Assembly (NCBI GenBank): GCA_021799185.1
Contig: JAJZAW010000001.1
Location: 1-52,149, forward strand
DNA: 52,149 nucleotides
Reading direction: 5' to 3'
Source of the DNA: Thermoplasmata archaeon
GTDB lineage: Archaea > Thermoplasmatota > Thermoplasmata > Thermoplasmatales > Thermoplasmataceae
The notes under the pieces were generated by a model. It made no database searches. It saw nothing but the letters and a program-made list of their open reading frames with translations, and had not been told where the DNA came from. Of this stretch, positions 11,071 to 21,781 are shown piece by piece. How positions within the stretch are numbered: the stretch's first letter is position 1; each line of letters begins with the position of its first letter. A program made the translations under genes and the position numbers.

Positions 11071-11736
11071 TTGAAGCGGGATTTCAGGGGAGGCCTGACA
11101 GCTATTTCGGCAGGCTACATCCCTTCAGGCATTGCATTTGGGGCCATAGCAACAGCTTTGCACGTACCAGTATGGGCAACAGTATCACTTTCGGCACTGG
11201 TGTACTCCGGGGCAGTGCAGTCGGCGTTCGTGGGGTTTTGGAGCATTGGCATAGACCCTGCAACTCTCCTCCTGACGGCTTTCCTGCTCAATCTCCGGCA
11301 TACTTTTTACGGCCCACATCTGGGCAGCATCAGGGAAGACATAACACTGAAGGATATGATGTCGATTGCACCTCTACTGACAGACGAAGTTTATGCGCTT
11401 TCTGTTCAGAGCCCACCCTTGCCCAAGGGCCTGGTGAGGAACATGAGCCTGTATGCCTACGTGAACTGGATTGGTTCCACGGCCGCCGGTTCTGTTATGG
11501 TGAACTTCCTGCCGGCAGGCGTGGAGGCTGCAATAGCAATTGCACTGCCTGCCCTTTTCCTCGCCCTTCTCATACCAAAGATATCAGACAGGTCTACTGC
11601 CTTAACCGCTGCAGCATCAATATCAGTTTCTGTGGCTGCAAGGGCACTGCATCTGCCGTCATACTTTATAATGGTTCCGATACTGGTTGGAGTTGCATCC
11701 GGAATGATGATTGTGATGCGCAGGAGGAATAAATGA
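11071..11736 (+). CDS. azlC: AzlC family branched-chain amino acid exporter
   Basis: YSGAVQ, LLNLRH and LTDEVYA motifs. Confidence 0.88.
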   Translation: MKRDFRGGLTAISAGYIPSGIAFGAIATALHVPVWATVSLSALVYSGAVQSAFVGFWSIGIDPATLLLTAFLLNLRHTFYGPHLGSIREDITLKDMMSIAPLLTDEVYALSVQSPPLPKGLVRNMSLYAYVNWIGSTAAGSVMVNFLPAGVEAAIAIALPALFLALLIPKISDRSTALTAAASISVSVAARALHLPSYFIMVPILVGVASGMMIVMRRRNK

Positions 11737-12020
11737 TTCTTATATTTCTGATCGCTTCCCTTGCGCTTCTCAGCCTTTCTCAGCGCCTCGTCCCATGGCT
11801 GGTAATTTCCAGGTTCAGAGGCGGAAGGAACATGGAGCAGATATTCAACCTCTTCGCAGTCTCTGCTTTTTCTGCACTTGCGGTTTATAACATCACTGAA
11901 TTCTCTCCTGGCACAGCCCTGTCACTTGCAGTTGCTGTTGCAGTGGCAGTGCGCACAAAAAATCTGGGATACGCGGTGCTTGCGGCAATAGCAGTATCAT
12001 TGGCTTCACTGTACATATGA
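11733..12020 (+). CDS. azlD: AzlD-like small membrane subunit
   Basis: 95-aa hydrophobic protein overlapping the azlC stop (ATGA); QRLVPW resembles the AzlD R-x-x-P motif. Confidence 0.65.
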   Translation: MILIFLIASLALLSLSQRLVPWLVISRFRGGRNMEQIFNLFAVSAFSALAVYNITEFSPGTALSLAVAVAVAVRTKNLGYAVLAAIAVSLASLYI

Positions 12021-12054
12021 GGCACACAGAAGAGCCGGGTCCCGAGAAGCCAGA

Positions 12055-12999
12055 TTATGTGGATTCCAGGGCTTCCACATCCCTGACATAGTGAATATCA
12101 ATATCCCATTCCCTGAACTGCTTGATGGCCTCCTTCATTGTATCGAAAAAGTCAGGAAGAACTATGAGGGGGACTATTGTCGAGAATGAGAACGTCTTCC
12201 CGTTAAGCTTCTGCGGCATTCCAAGGGTTATTGTGAAATTCTCTGATGCCTGCTTGACAAAGAACTCAATCAGGGGGTTTGTAAATGAGGTCTCGTATAT
12301 GTGGTCTTTTTTGGATATCTCTGTAACGAAGCTGTTCCTGTCGGTAAGGAGCGAATGTTTATCATAATATACAGCCCTGATTTCATCTTCAAGCAGATAT
12401 TTGAGCTCGCGTGTCCAGGATACGCCAAGGTTCACAATGACAGGGTCGTTTGTTATGTTCATGAATGAGGGCGGGACAGATGATGTTATCTCAACGTACT
12501 TGAGGGGAGTTACTTCAGACAGCTCCTTGAATACGTCGATTGCACCTGTGCTTGGCCCGATGTACTGGATTGCGTACCTGCTGAAATCCATGAAATTCTG
12601 CCTCAGGGCTTTCGTGACGTTCTGCTCATCATTTTCATGGAATCTGAAATAAATATAGCAGTAGCCGTCATGCACGATAACCCCGTCCACAACCAGTGAA
12701 GGGACGGCATTCAGTGCCGTGAAGCCCTGAAGGAATTTCGTTCCGGTAAGGTCGATCTTTACCATTATGGCATCCCTTGACCTCTTTATATCATATTTGG
12801 AAATCTCCTTAAGGTCGCTGTCATCAAGGCCAGGGCTGTTCTCCATGTTGACAATGGCATATCCGCCTTCCCTGGTAATCCTGATCCTGACGATCATGGG
12901 CATATTGTACTTAACTGAGAAAGCCGTGATGGGAAGATCCACGGCAAAGGAAAATACCACCTGCCTGTTGAGCATCCTGTCTATCTCCTCGATTATCAT
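12055..12999 (-). CDS. Hypothetical soluble protein
   Basis: 314-aa ORF with normal composition filling the space between flanking genes; no recognised catalytic motif. Confidence 0.75.
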   Translation of the reverse strand: MIIEEIDRMLNRQVVFSFAVDLPITAFSVKYNMPMIVRIRITREGGYAIVNMENSPGLDDSDLKEISKYDIKRSRDAIMVKIDLTGTKFLQGFTALNAVPSLVVDGVIVHDGYCYIYFRFHENDEQNVTKALRQNFMDFSRYAIQYIGPSTGAIDVFKELSEVTPLKYVEITSSVPPSFMNITNDPVIVNLGVSWTRELKYLLEDEIRAVYYDKHSLLTDRNSFVTEISKKDHIYETSFTNPLIEFFVKQASENFTITLGMPQKLNGKTFSFSTIVPLIVLPDFFDTMKEAIKQFREWDIDIHYVRDVEALEST

Positions 13000-13092
13000 A
13001 GGAAGAATAAGCGTCAGGTTGTTAAAAAATTATTCATATGGTCATAAAATTTCTCATGCGTTCAGGAAGCGCCCCATGCTGGGCACGGTTAT

Positions 13093-13716
13093 TCAGTGCG
13101 ACCTGAGGAAATCGGTCACTATGGAAAAGAACCGCATGGGCTGGTCTATGTATACCGGATGCGGGGCGTCCTGCACAATCTCCAGCCTTGATCCCCTAAT
13201 GATGGATGCATACTGCTTTCCAAGGGCAGGCAGCACAACATTGTCATTTGATCCCCATATGAAGAGCACGGGCTTGTCAATCCCTGCCATCCTGGCCTTC
13301 TGATCCTCCACCCATGCCGGGGCCACGGCAATGATGCCATCCACAGACTCGGGCATGTCCATGGCTGCCATTACAGCCATTCCGCCGCCCATTGAGGCGC
13401 CAAGTATGTAGGATTTTTTCACTCCAATGAGTTTCAGGTAATCTCTCAGGAATTCAGTGCCCCTTGATATGTCTCCCCTCCTGACAGCATAACTGTCCTG
13501 AGGGTCTGAGTTGCCGAAACCGGGATAATCCGGTGCATAGACATTGAATCCCAGGTCGCCAAGATGCTGGAACGCACCTACATCCTTCCAGTTCCTTGAG
13601 GTGAAAGACCACCCATGGAGGAGTATTATGTTCCTGCCTGCCCCTGATTCAAGCTTTCTGTGGAAGAGTGTGCCGCTGTTGAACTGCATGTATTCCTGTT
13701 TTATTTCATCTGACAT
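13093..13716 (-). CDS. Alpha/beta hydrolase (ABHD14-like)
   Basis: LLHGWSF, DYPGFG, GASMGG nucleophile, WGSNDNVV, APHPVY. Confidence 0.88.
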   Translation of the reverse strand: MSDEIKQEYMQFNSGTLFHRKLESGAGRNIILLHGWSFTSRNWKDVGAFQHLGDLGFNVYAPDYPGFGNSDPQDSYAVRRGDISRGTEFLRDYLKLIGVKKSYILGASMGGGMAVMAAMDMPESVDGIIAVAPAWVEDQKARMAGIDKPVLFIWGSNDNVVLPALGKQYASIIRGSRLEIVQDAPHPVYIDQPMRFFSIVTDFLRSH

Positions 13717-13791
13717 GAATGAATATCACAATTACAGATTAAAAGTTGATGACCAGCAATTAAATGGCACCCTGTGGGTGCACGGAGCCCT

Positions 13792-15435
13792 TCAGTGGTG
13801 CGTTATCATATATTTCAGGTTCATCCTGTTCCCGGAAAAAACTGGAGGCGGCATCTCGGCAAGTTCTCTGGCGATTGCCGGTTTGAATTCCATTCTGCCC
13901 AGTATGTCCCTGTCCACATCTACGCCTGGAGCGACCTCATCCAGCCTGAGCCCGTCCCGCGTCAGGGTGAACACAGCCCTCTCTGTGAAGTACCTGACCT
14001 CCTTTGTGAATTTCATTGCCTGCTTTCCGCTGAAAAATATCTTGTAAACCCTGTTGACGAACTTCAGGACATCTCCGTCGGATCTGATGTTCAGTTTTCC
14101 GTTTTCGGAAGTAATGTCACTTTTCCCGGCTGTAAATGTCCCGGCAAAGTAAACGCGTGGCGTACCCTCAGCTATGACGGGGAATCCGCCCGGTCCGGTG
14201 AGCTTACCAGGTATGTATGATGGGTTGACATTTCCGTACTGATCAACCTGGAGGAATCCCAGGGAAGCAGTATCTATAATGCCACCTTCATAATTTGAAA
14301 ACATGTCGGGTATCGTGGAGAGGGCAAATGCCCCCATTGATATTCCAAAGTCCGGCCCGGTAAGGGCAACGCCTCCCCATGGCCCTGATTCAACCACACT
14401 CACAATATCCCTTGAAAGGCCCTCTTCCGAGATGATTCCGGAAAGCAGTGCCGGGACGCCAACCCCAAGGTTGATAAGTATGGGGGACCCCTTGCCGTTG
14501 AGCAGCTTTATGAGTTCAAGTGCAACCCTTCTTGCTATGATCCTGTGCAGCACAGGCGATCTTGCAGATCCCGTGTCACCAAGAAGCCGGTCAGTATTTC
14601 CAGGGCTGACCCTGAAGCATGCCCTGGGATCATATTCGAAGGAACTTGCCTGCCAGTGGTACTGTGGCGGTGAGGTAACAACGTAATCAACCAGCGGGTA
14701 TGGCACTTCAACCTGCCTGGGTGAAAACGCTCCGTCAACAACAACGCGTTTCACCTGGGCAACAACCTTTCCTGGATTTGGCATGGCCTTGCTGGCCTGT
14801 GCTATGCTCACCACTGTTCCCCTTATGGGTTCATCCTCCATGCTCAGGTTTCCCAGCCTGTCAGATGATGTTACCCTGATGAAGGATACTTCCGGCTTCG
14901 GTGCCCTGTATACCAGAAACTCATCTCCGGACAGATCAATCCTGGTTGAGTAGCACATCCTGTTTCTGGCAGCAGATTCATTCAGTGTACCGGCATCCTG
15001 ATCCGGATCAAGGAAAGTGCCCATGCCTATCTTGGTGAGCAGCCCAGGTCTGCCGGATGCAACCTCCCTGAACCAGTATGCAGTGATTCCGATGGGCCAT
15101 CCATAGACCTGGAATCTATTCTCCAGGGTCATTTTCTGGAGATATGGAGAGAATCCCATAAATGGAACAAGCATTCCCTTAATGAAATTGTAGTCTCCAG
15201 ATTCTGACATGTCCTTCAGGACAAGGTCTAGTGCCCTCCCCGGGGAAGCAGGGAGAGCATCCGTTTCAATGAATATGGATCTGGGATGCCCGGTGGCCTG
15301 GTATTTCCTATAAAGCTCCAGTATCAGGAATTCCGGTGTGGTAGCCAGGTTGAATCCAGAAATGGCAAGAACACTGTCATCATGAATTTCATCCAGATAT
15401 GCGGTATCTCCTTCCGGGGATATTGACGGTCTCAT
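13792..15435 (-). CDS. Family I acyl-CoA:acetate/propionate CoA-transferase (YdiF/Pct-like, fused subunits)
   Basis: INLGVGVP, catalytic ESGPWGG, LQVDQYGNVN, GPGGF, TERAVF motifs. Confidence 0.88.
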   Translation of the reverse strand: MRPSISPEGDTAYLDEIHDDSVLAISGFNLATTPEFLILELYRKYQATGHPRSIFIETDALPASPGRALDLVLKDMSESGDYNFIKGMLVPFMGFSPYLQKMTLENRFQVYGWPIGITAYWFREVASGRPGLLTKIGMGTFLDPDQDAGTLNESAARNRMCYSTRIDLSGDEFLVYRAPKPEVSFIRVTSSDRLGNLSMEDEPIRGTVVSIAQASKAMPNPGKVVAQVKRVVVDGAFSPRQVEVPYPLVDYVVTSPPQYHWQASSFEYDPRACFRVSPGNTDRLLGDTGSARSPVLHRIIARRVALELIKLLNGKGSPILINLGVGVPALLSGIISEEGLSRDIVSVVESGPWGGVALTGPDFGISMGAFALSTIPDMFSNYEGGIIDTASLGFLQVDQYGNVNPSYIPGKLTGPGGFPVIAEGTPRVYFAGTFTAGKSDITSENGKLNIRSDGDVLKFVNRVYKIFFSGKQAMKFTKEVRYFTERAVFTLTRDGLRLDEVAPGVDVDRDILGRMEFKPAIARELAEMPPPVFSGNRMNLKYMITHH

Positions 15436-15512
15436 TCGTATCCAGCTTTCATGGGCAGGTTGAATAAAAATAGTGTGCCTGAGCGGTTAAGGCAAGCAAA
15501 GCATTTCAGAGA

Positions 15513-16094
15513 TCAGGCTTTCGATCTGTATATGAGGTTGCTGAGGTGCTCAAGTATCTTCACCGCATCTTCCTGTTTTGCTGTAAGTATGATCTCCGTG
15601 TCGAACCTGTATATCTTCTCAATGTTCACCTTCTGAAGCATGAGGTACTCAACCACAAAAAGGGTCAGCCCTGGACTCCGTGAGGCATCCTCCGGGAGTT
15701 CTATCTTTATGAGGGCAAGGTCGCCATCATCCATTCCTCCCATGAGGCACTTGAATCCCTGGGGTGTCCTGACTGCAACGATGGAATTGCTGTCTATGTC
15801 CCCGGGCCTGGGCACAAGTTTCTCCTTGTATTTGTAGTCAAGGGAGAGCTTGGAATTCCTCAGGAGATCTATCTGCCTGCCCCATGTCAGTTCTGGCTTT
15901 ATCTGGGTAAGGCTCTTCACAAGAGTGTTTATCTTCACATCCTTGTCCGTCATGCTTTCCACTGTAGGCTGGATCTTCCTGGCAAGGTTTGCATAGTTGA
16001 CAAGTCCGCTCTTTATCATGGTGGCGTAGAGTGGGTTTTCCTGTACCACAAGTTTCACAGCATCATTTATCTTAGTCATGTATATGTTATTCAA
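15513..16094 (-). CDS. Hypothetical protein with N-terminal helical/HTH-like region and C-terminal ACT-like domain
   Basis: GLVNYANLARKI N-terminus; IKIELPEDASRSPG...NIEKIY..TEIIL ACT-like C-terminus. Start may be 16079. Confidence 0.6.
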   Translation of the reverse strand: MNNIYMTKINDAVKLVVQENPLYATMIKSGLVNYANLARKIQPTVESMTDKDVKINTLVKSLTQIKPELTWGRQIDLLRNSKLSLDYKYKEKLVPRPGDIDSNSIVAVRTPQGFKCLMGGMDDGDLALIKIELPEDASRSPGLTLFVVEYLMLQKVNIEKIYRFDTEIILTAKQEDAVKILEHLSNLIYRSKA

Positions 16095-16256
16095 TCCTTA
16101 TTTATGAATATAGCCCCTGATATATCATGGATTCCAAGATGATGTTCACAACAGCTCATGTTTGACTGTTTTACCGTGTGTAATGAAATAATGATGTAGC
16201 TACATTCCAGAAGGAAAGCTGGGAATACCGGCTATGGCAAAGCTTTAGCCGGGGAA

Positions 16257-17126
16257 GTGCTCACCCAATGGTTGAGGGAACTCAAGTTTCTTTTGCCTTA
16301 CGTAGTATTCACTGCATTTTCGTACTTTTTCGCCAAGAACGGCCTTGGATTCGCCTCGCCACTTGTGTTCATGGGATTGAGGTATCTCATGGCAGGTGCA
16401 CTGCTGCTGTCAATATCAAGAAGGATCATACTGACACGGAGCCTTCTCTTCCTCTCCGCTGTAACAGTCACCAGTACGGTGTTCTGGGCATACGGACTGC
16501 TCTACGTTTCCCCATCCGAATCAGCAGTGCTCAGCTATTCAATGCCGCTTTTCTCCCTTCCAATAGCTTTTCTAATGGTTTCAGAGAAGCCCTCCGGAAT
16601 GGAGATTCTGGGAATAGTAATAGGTTTCGTCGGTGTTCTCATATACGGCATACCACTGCTTTCAGGCTTCACGCTTACAGGAATGGCCCTTACCATCATC
16701 AATGCATTTTTCTGGGGTACATTCACGGTCTTCTACAGGAAAATCAGGGATCAGGATCCAGTTGCGGTGAACGCGACGCAGTTTATTGTTGGTGCAGGTA
16801 TAATGCTTGCATTGAGTCCCCTTGATTTTCACCTCAGGGTAACAGCTGGTTTTCTTATTGATCTTGTCTGGATGGGCACACTGGGCGGCGCACTGCAGTT
16901 CCTCCTGTGGAATTACATGGTACGCATAAGCAAGGTGAATCGCATAACTGTCCTTGCATTCAGTGTGCCAATTTTCACCGTGGTGCTGCAGGCTTTCATG
17001 ACCGCAAAGATTCCAGGCGTGCTCTCAATTGCAGGTGTAGCCATAATGTTCACAGGAATATTCCTTTCAAGGATCAGGGGTGGCATATCCGTTGTTGAGC
17101 CAGGGAAAAATACGGGAAACGGATGA
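16257..17126 (+). CDS. DMT/EamA family transporter
   Basis: Ten TM segments in two repeats; SPLVFMGLRY and YSMPLFS motifs. Confidence 0.85.
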   Translation: MLTQWLRELKFLLPYVVFTAFSYFFAKNGLGFASPLVFMGLRYLMAGALLLSISRRIILTRSLLFLSAVTVTSTVFWAYGLLYVSPSESAVLSYSMPLFSLPIAFLMVSEKPSGMEILGIVIGFVGVLIYGIPLLSGFTLTGMALTIINAFFWGTFTVFYRKIRDQDPVAVNATQFIVGAGIMLALSPLDFHLRVTAGFLIDLVWMGTLGGALQFLLWNYMVRISKVNRITVLAFSVPIFTVVLQAFMTAKIPGVLSIAGVAIMFTGIFLSRIRGGISVVEPGKNTGNG

Positions 17127-17201
17127 GCACGACACAGTGCCGCTCAACGCCGGCAGGAATTATTAATCAGCGAAATATGCATGCCTGCCATGGCCATCTG
17201 A

Positions 17202-18611
17202 TTGAGTGATTCAGGATCAAGGAGGCTGGTGCTCGCAACAACCTCCGTTTCGGCATTCGCAACCCCGTTTCTTTCAAGCGCCATTGCATTTGCAGTGCCC
17301 CGCATAGGTGTCTCTTTCCGCCTGGACTTTACACAGGCAGCCCTGATACCCATGATCTATCTAATTCCACTGGCCTCCTTCATGATATTCTTTGGCAGAA
17401 TATCCGATAATGTGGGGAGGGTAAAGATATTCAGGTTCGGCCTTGCGGTCTTCTCAGCATCATCCATTGCGGCTTCCTTCTCCCCATCATATGCTTTCCT
17501 CATTGCCATGGTGTCGCTTGCCGGCCTGGGTTCAGCTATCCTCAGCACCAATTCAACTGCCATAGTGAGCTATGTTTATTCCGGCGGAGGGCGGGGCTTT
17601 GCTCTCGGCATCAACGCAATGTCCGTGTACCTTGGTCTGACCTTTGCCCCGTTTCTTGGCGGCATCCTGATGGAATTCAGCGGATGGAGGTCAGTGTTCC
17701 TGTTCTCAGGCCCTGTTGGCATCGCAGCTCTGGCACTTTCTGCATACAGCATGCGGAACATTGAGATCAGGAAGAGAAACGCAGCATCTGGTATGTCGGG
17801 TTCTGTCTTTCTGGCCGGATCCATACTATCACTGACCGCATATGTTGCCATCTGGGATGTGGCAGGTTTCCTGATGGCAGCCTGCATTCTCCCTGTGGCG
17901 GCTGTTTTCATCACACTTTTCGCCATGTACGGTACACATGGCGCAGGTGAGGCGGTGCCGGCCGGGATGCTGAAAGGCAACAGGACATTTGCTGCCTCCA
18001 ATCTCACGGCGCTTCTCAACTATATCAGCACATTCTCCATTGTCTTCATCTTCTCAATTTATCTTCAGGTGATTCTTCATGTGAGCCCGTTCATGTCAGG
18101 GATACTCATACTTCCGGAACCTGTGTTGATGGTTGCCCTGTCGCCTGTTGCCGGAAAGCTCGCTGACAGATTCGGGTCAAGATCCATTGCATCGGCAGGA
18201 ATGATTATCATAGGCCTCGCGTTTCTCGGCCTTTACTTCATGCGTCCTCTCGGGAGGGTGGAGATACTGACACTCCTTGGAATCATCGGTGTTGGATTTG
18301 GGCTATTCTCAGCTCCGAACACCAATTCCGTGATGGGATCCGTGTCCCGCGACAGCTCCGGGACTGCATCTGGATTCCTTGGAACAATGAGGTTCACGGG
18401 ACAGCTTTTCAGTATTGTGCTTGCAACTGCCGTAATATCAGCCTATATACCCAGATCGCTGGCTGTGGGCATGTTTTCAGGGACGGTTGTTGCAATAACG
18501 CCGCAGTATTTCAGCAGCTTTTCTCAGGGATTCCGCACCGTGATGATCATTTCGGCGATTCTCAGCCTTGCCGGGGCGATCACTTCACTCCTGAAGAACA
18601 GGGGGCAGTGA
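17202..18611 (+). CDS. MFS transporter, DHA2/EmrB-like (14 TM)
   Basis: GRISDNVGR, GKLADRFGSR, APFLGG, FSAPNTNSVMG motifs. Confidence 0.88.
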   Translation: MSDSGSRRLVLATTSVSAFATPFLSSAIAFAVPRIGVSFRLDFTQAALIPMIYLIPLASFMIFFGRISDNVGRVKIFRFGLAVFSASSIAASFSPSYAFLIAMVSLAGLGSAILSTNSTAIVSYVYSGGGRGFALGINAMSVYLGLTFAPFLGGILMEFSGWRSVFLFSGPVGIAALALSAYSMRNIEIRKRNAASGMSGSVFLAGSILSLTAYVAIWDVAGFLMAACILPVAAVFITLFAMYGTHGAGEAVPAGMLKGNRTFAASNLTALLNYISTFSIVFIFSIYLQVILHVSPFMSGILILPEPVLMVALSPVAGKLADRFGSRSIASAGMIIIGLAFLGLYFMRPLGRVEILTLLGIIGVGFGLFSAPNTNSVMGSVSRDSSGTASGFLGTMRFTGQLFSIVLATAVISAYIPRSLAVGMFSGTVVAITPQYFSSFSQGFRTVMIISAILSLAGAITSLLKNRGQ

Positions 18612-18653
18612 TGCAAATCGATAGAGATTAATAGTGTACAAAAATGCAATTTA

Positions 18654-19889
18654 ATGGGGAGCAACCGGAGAAGGATGCAGGGTTTCAGCAGCCTGATAAC
18701 ATTCTCCACGGCTGTAGAGCGCATGTCCGGAAGGGAATGGGAAGTTGCTGCTGTGGAATCCATTGAAGTGCTGAAATGTTCTGGAAGGATTTCTGCAGCT
18801 GATGTCTACGCAGGCGAGAATTCGCCGGCCTTCAACAGGAGTGCAGTTGATGGCTATGCTGTAATTTCATCTGATGTATCCGGCGCATCGGAGTACAACT
18901 TTATAACACTGGAAGTAAGGGGGGAAATTGAGGCCGGCAGATCCGGATCGGCATCCCTTATGCACGGAGAGGCATATGAGATATATACCGGAGGAGAGCT
19001 GCCAGATGGATCTGATGCGGTGGTCATGGCGGAATACGCTGAAAGGTCCGGGAATTCTCTCCGGGTGTTCCGGCCGGTCAGAAAATATGAGAACGTGTCA
19101 CGCGCAGGTGAGGACATCAGCACCGGCCAGAAGATCATTGGCAGTGGAGAGATCATAAGGGCACAGCATCTGGCAGCGTGCATTGCGGTTGGAATAGAGA
19201 GGCTACAGGTATTCCGGGCAATGGAAATGGGCATAATATCAACAGGAAATGAGATCATGCCGGGCATGGGTGTTAGAAACACAACACAACCCCTTCTTCT
19301 TTCGTATTTCTCTTCCGCATATTTGAGGACCCATGATCTCGGGGTTGTTCCAGATGATCCGGCTGCAATAAGGTCTGCTTTGGAAAAGAGCCTAAGCAGC
19401 CACAGCATTCTGGCAATTACAGGGGGCACAGGCCTGGGTTCAGGCGATCTTGTGGCAGATGTGCTTGACGGGATGGGTGAAATGGTTTTCGGCGGGGTTA
19501 TGATCCGGCCCGGCCGCACCGTATCCCTGTACAATGTGGGAGGAAAGCCCGTATTCTCAGTATCAGGCCTGCCGGTTGCCGCACTGATCTCACTGGAAGC
19601 GTTCCTGGATCCTTTCCTTAACCTCCTGACAGGGCTGAAGCGCACCAGGGCTGTGGTGAGGGCAGCAGTGACTGAAAGGGTAGCAAACCGGGAAGGGATG
19701 AGATCATACCTGCGTGTCAGGGTGAGAAACACAGAGAAAGGGCTTGTTGCGGATCCGCTGAGGATAACCGGATCTGGAATACTGTCATCGCTCCTCCTCT
19801 CAAACGGCATAACGGTTATTCCTGAAAACAGGGAGGGGCTTGAGGAGGGCGAGATTGTTGACATAACACTCATTGGAGATGTTTACTGA
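18654..19889 (+). CDS. moeA: Molybdopterin molybdo/tungsto-transferase MoeA
   Basis: PAFNRSAVDGYA, STGNEI, TGGTG, IRPGRT, GLPVAA motifs. Start may be 18675. Confidence 0.9.
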   Translation: MGSNRRRMQGFSSLITFSTAVERMSGREWEVAAVESIEVLKCSGRISAADVYAGENSPAFNRSAVDGYAVISSDVSGASEYNFITLEVRGEIEAGRSGSASLMHGEAYEIYTGGELPDGSDAVVMAEYAERSGNSLRVFRPVRKYENVSRAGEDISTGQKIIGSGEIIRAQHLAACIAVGIERLQVFRAMEMGIISTGNEIMPGMGVRNTTQPLLLSYFSSAYLRTHDLGVVPDDPAAIRSALEKSLSSHSILAITGGTGLGSGDLVADVLDGMGEMVFGGVMIRPGRTVSLYNVGGKPVFSVSGLPVAALISLEAFLDPFLNLLTGLKRTRAVVRAAVTERVANREGMRSYLRVRVRNTEKGLVADPLRITGSGILSSLLLSNGITVIPENREGLEEGEIVDITLIGDVY

Positions 19890-21781
19890 TGGCGCTGATA
19901 TTTCACAGGCTGGTGGGTATGGAAGAAGCAAAGAGGCTTGCCGCAGAAAGCGTGGGTGAAGTAAATGGATCGGAACGCATCGCCACGGCGGATGCCCAGG
20001 GCAGGGTGCTGGATTCAGACATTTTTTCTGGCATTGATTCCCCTCCCTTTGACAGGTCTGAGGTTGATGGTTTTGCTGTAAGATCGCAGGACGTGGAGGA
20101 GGCAGAGCAGGACATGCCTGTAATGCTGAATCTTTCAGGTTCCGCCGCCATAGGGGAACCCGCACTTGAAATGGGTGAGCCAGGAACTTGCATCAGAATT
20201 GCAACAGGTGCAGTTGTTCCAATTGGTGCCGATTCCGTGGTTATGGTGGAATATACCCGCCTTAAGGGCAAAACGCTGGAGGTTTTCAGGTCCGTAAAAC
20301 CTGGAGAGAACGTTTCACAGGCCGGATCGGATCTTTCCAGGGGAGAACTCATCCTCAGGGCAGGTACAACAGTTGGTTCAAGGGAGATCGCAGTGCTGCA
20401 TTCAGTTGGAATTAATTATGTCACAGTAAGAAGAAAAATGCGAGTCGCAATACTTTCCACAGGCAACGAGCTGGTGGAGCCGGGAAATGAACTGATGCCC
20501 GGCATGCTTTATGAATCCAACGGAGCTGCAGTGCAGGCCATATTGAGGCAGTATCCCGCATTCCAGCCCACATACCACGGGATAGTGGAGGACGATCGGG
20601 AGGCAATCCGTAAGGCAATTAAATCGCTGTCCGGGGAAAATGATGTCATAATAACAAGTGGAAGCACTTCTGCCGGGGAGGGCGATATGGTATATGATGT
20701 GCTTGCAGAGTTCAAGCCCGGCATAATTTTTCATGGCGTTGAGGTTAAGCCCGGAAAGCCAACGCTCCTTTCAATGATGGGAAGAACGCCTGTCATAGGT
20801 CTCCCCGGATTCCCTGTTTCAGCCATCATGGTCTTTGACACAATATTCCTGCCTGCCCTGCTGAGATCGTGCGGCATAAGGCGCAGGACAGTGCAGATTC
20901 CCGGAACTTTGCCTGTCAGGGTTCACCTGGCGCAGGGGAAGGTTAATCTTGTGCCAGTAATCCTTGTCCGGAGAGAATCAACGGTGGCATACCCCCTTAT
21001 TGGCGATTCCGGATCGGTATCAAGAATCATGAGATCGGACGGTTACATCTCCGTTTATGGGGATAGGCCGTACATGGATTCAGGTGAAAGTGTGAATGTA
21101 TCACTCTATTCGGATGATGTGCTGGTTCCAGATTTTACATTCATAGGGAGCCATGACATAGCCCTTGAATCCATATTCCGTAAGATTTCAATGGATGTCA
21201 AGGTGATCAACGTGGGATCAACAGGAGGTGTTGAGGCGATAAGGAGGGGAGAGGCAGATATTGCAGGTGTTCATTTGCTCAATCCAGCTAACATGAAGTA
21301 TAACGACTTCACAGGAGATTACGATCTCATGAAAAGGGCAGAACTGGTGAAGGGATACAAGAGGGAGCAGGGAATACTGGTCAGGCCAGGGAACCCTCAG
21401 GGCATAAAATCCCTTGCGGACATTGCATCCCGTGGCGCTGCATTTGTCAACAGGAACCCGGGGTCCGGGACAAGGGCACTCATCGACAGCATTCTGTTTT
21501 CATCCGGCATAAGTGGAAAGGATATCAGGGGATTTTCATACGAGGTCAAAACACACTACGCTGTTGCAAATGCAATCTGGAGCGGCAGGGCAGATGCCGG
21601 CGTGGCCATACGGCAGGCGGCAGTTATGTACGGGTTGGATTTCATTCCACTTGGGAGCGAGGAATATGATTTTCTCATCCTCAGGGAGAGCCGGGAACGG
21701 CTTTCCAGGTTCCTGGAAGCTCTTGAGAGCAGCTGGTTCACACATATCCTGGCTTCTGAGTTCTCAGGGTATTCCCGTTAA
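19889..21781 (+). CDS. moeA: MoeA fused to a C-terminal periplasmic-binding-protein (PBP) domain
   Basis: PPFDRSEVDGFA, STGNEL, KPGKPT, GLPGFPVS, then IGSHD, GSTGG, FVNRNPGSGTR of the PBP domain; typical archaeal MoeA2. Confidence 0.9.
   Translation: MALIFHRLVGMEEAKRLAAESVGEVNGSERIATADAQGRVLDSDIFSGIDSPPFDRSEVDGFAVRSQDVEEAEQDMPVMLNLSGSAAIGEPALEMGEPGTCIRIATGAVVPIGADSVVMVEYTRLKGKTLEVFRSVKPGENVSQAGSDLSRGELILRAGTTVGSREIAVLHSVGINYVTVRRKMRVAILSTGNELVEPGNELMPGMLYESNGAAVQAILRQYPAFQPTYHGIVEDDREAIRKAIKSLSGENDVIITSGSTSAGEGDMVYDVLAEFKPGIIFHGVEVKPGKPTLLSMMGRTPVIGLPGFPVSAIMVFDTIFLPALLRSCGIRRRTVQIPGTLPVRVHLAQGKVNLVPVILVRRESTVAYPLIGDSGSVSRIMRSDGYISVYGDRPYMDSGESVNVSLYSDDVLVPDFTFIGSHDIALESIFRKISMDVKVINVGSTGGVEAIRRGEADIAGVHLLNPANMKYNDFTGDYDLMKRAELVKGYKREQGILVRPGNPQGIKSLADIASRGAAFVNRNPGSGTRALIDSILFSSGISGKDIRGFSYEVKTHYAVANAIWSGRADAGVAIRQAAVMYGLDFIPLGSEEYDFLILRESRERLSRFLEALESSWFTHILASEFSGYSR

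Noticed and set aside
11040..11732. 230-aa ORF overlapping azlC
   Set aside because: Alternative frame of a clear AzlC gene with atypical composition.
18854..20352. Long antisense ORFs (339 aa and 149 aa) over the moeA genes
   Set aside because: Ser/Pro-rich shadow frames of well-conserved genes.
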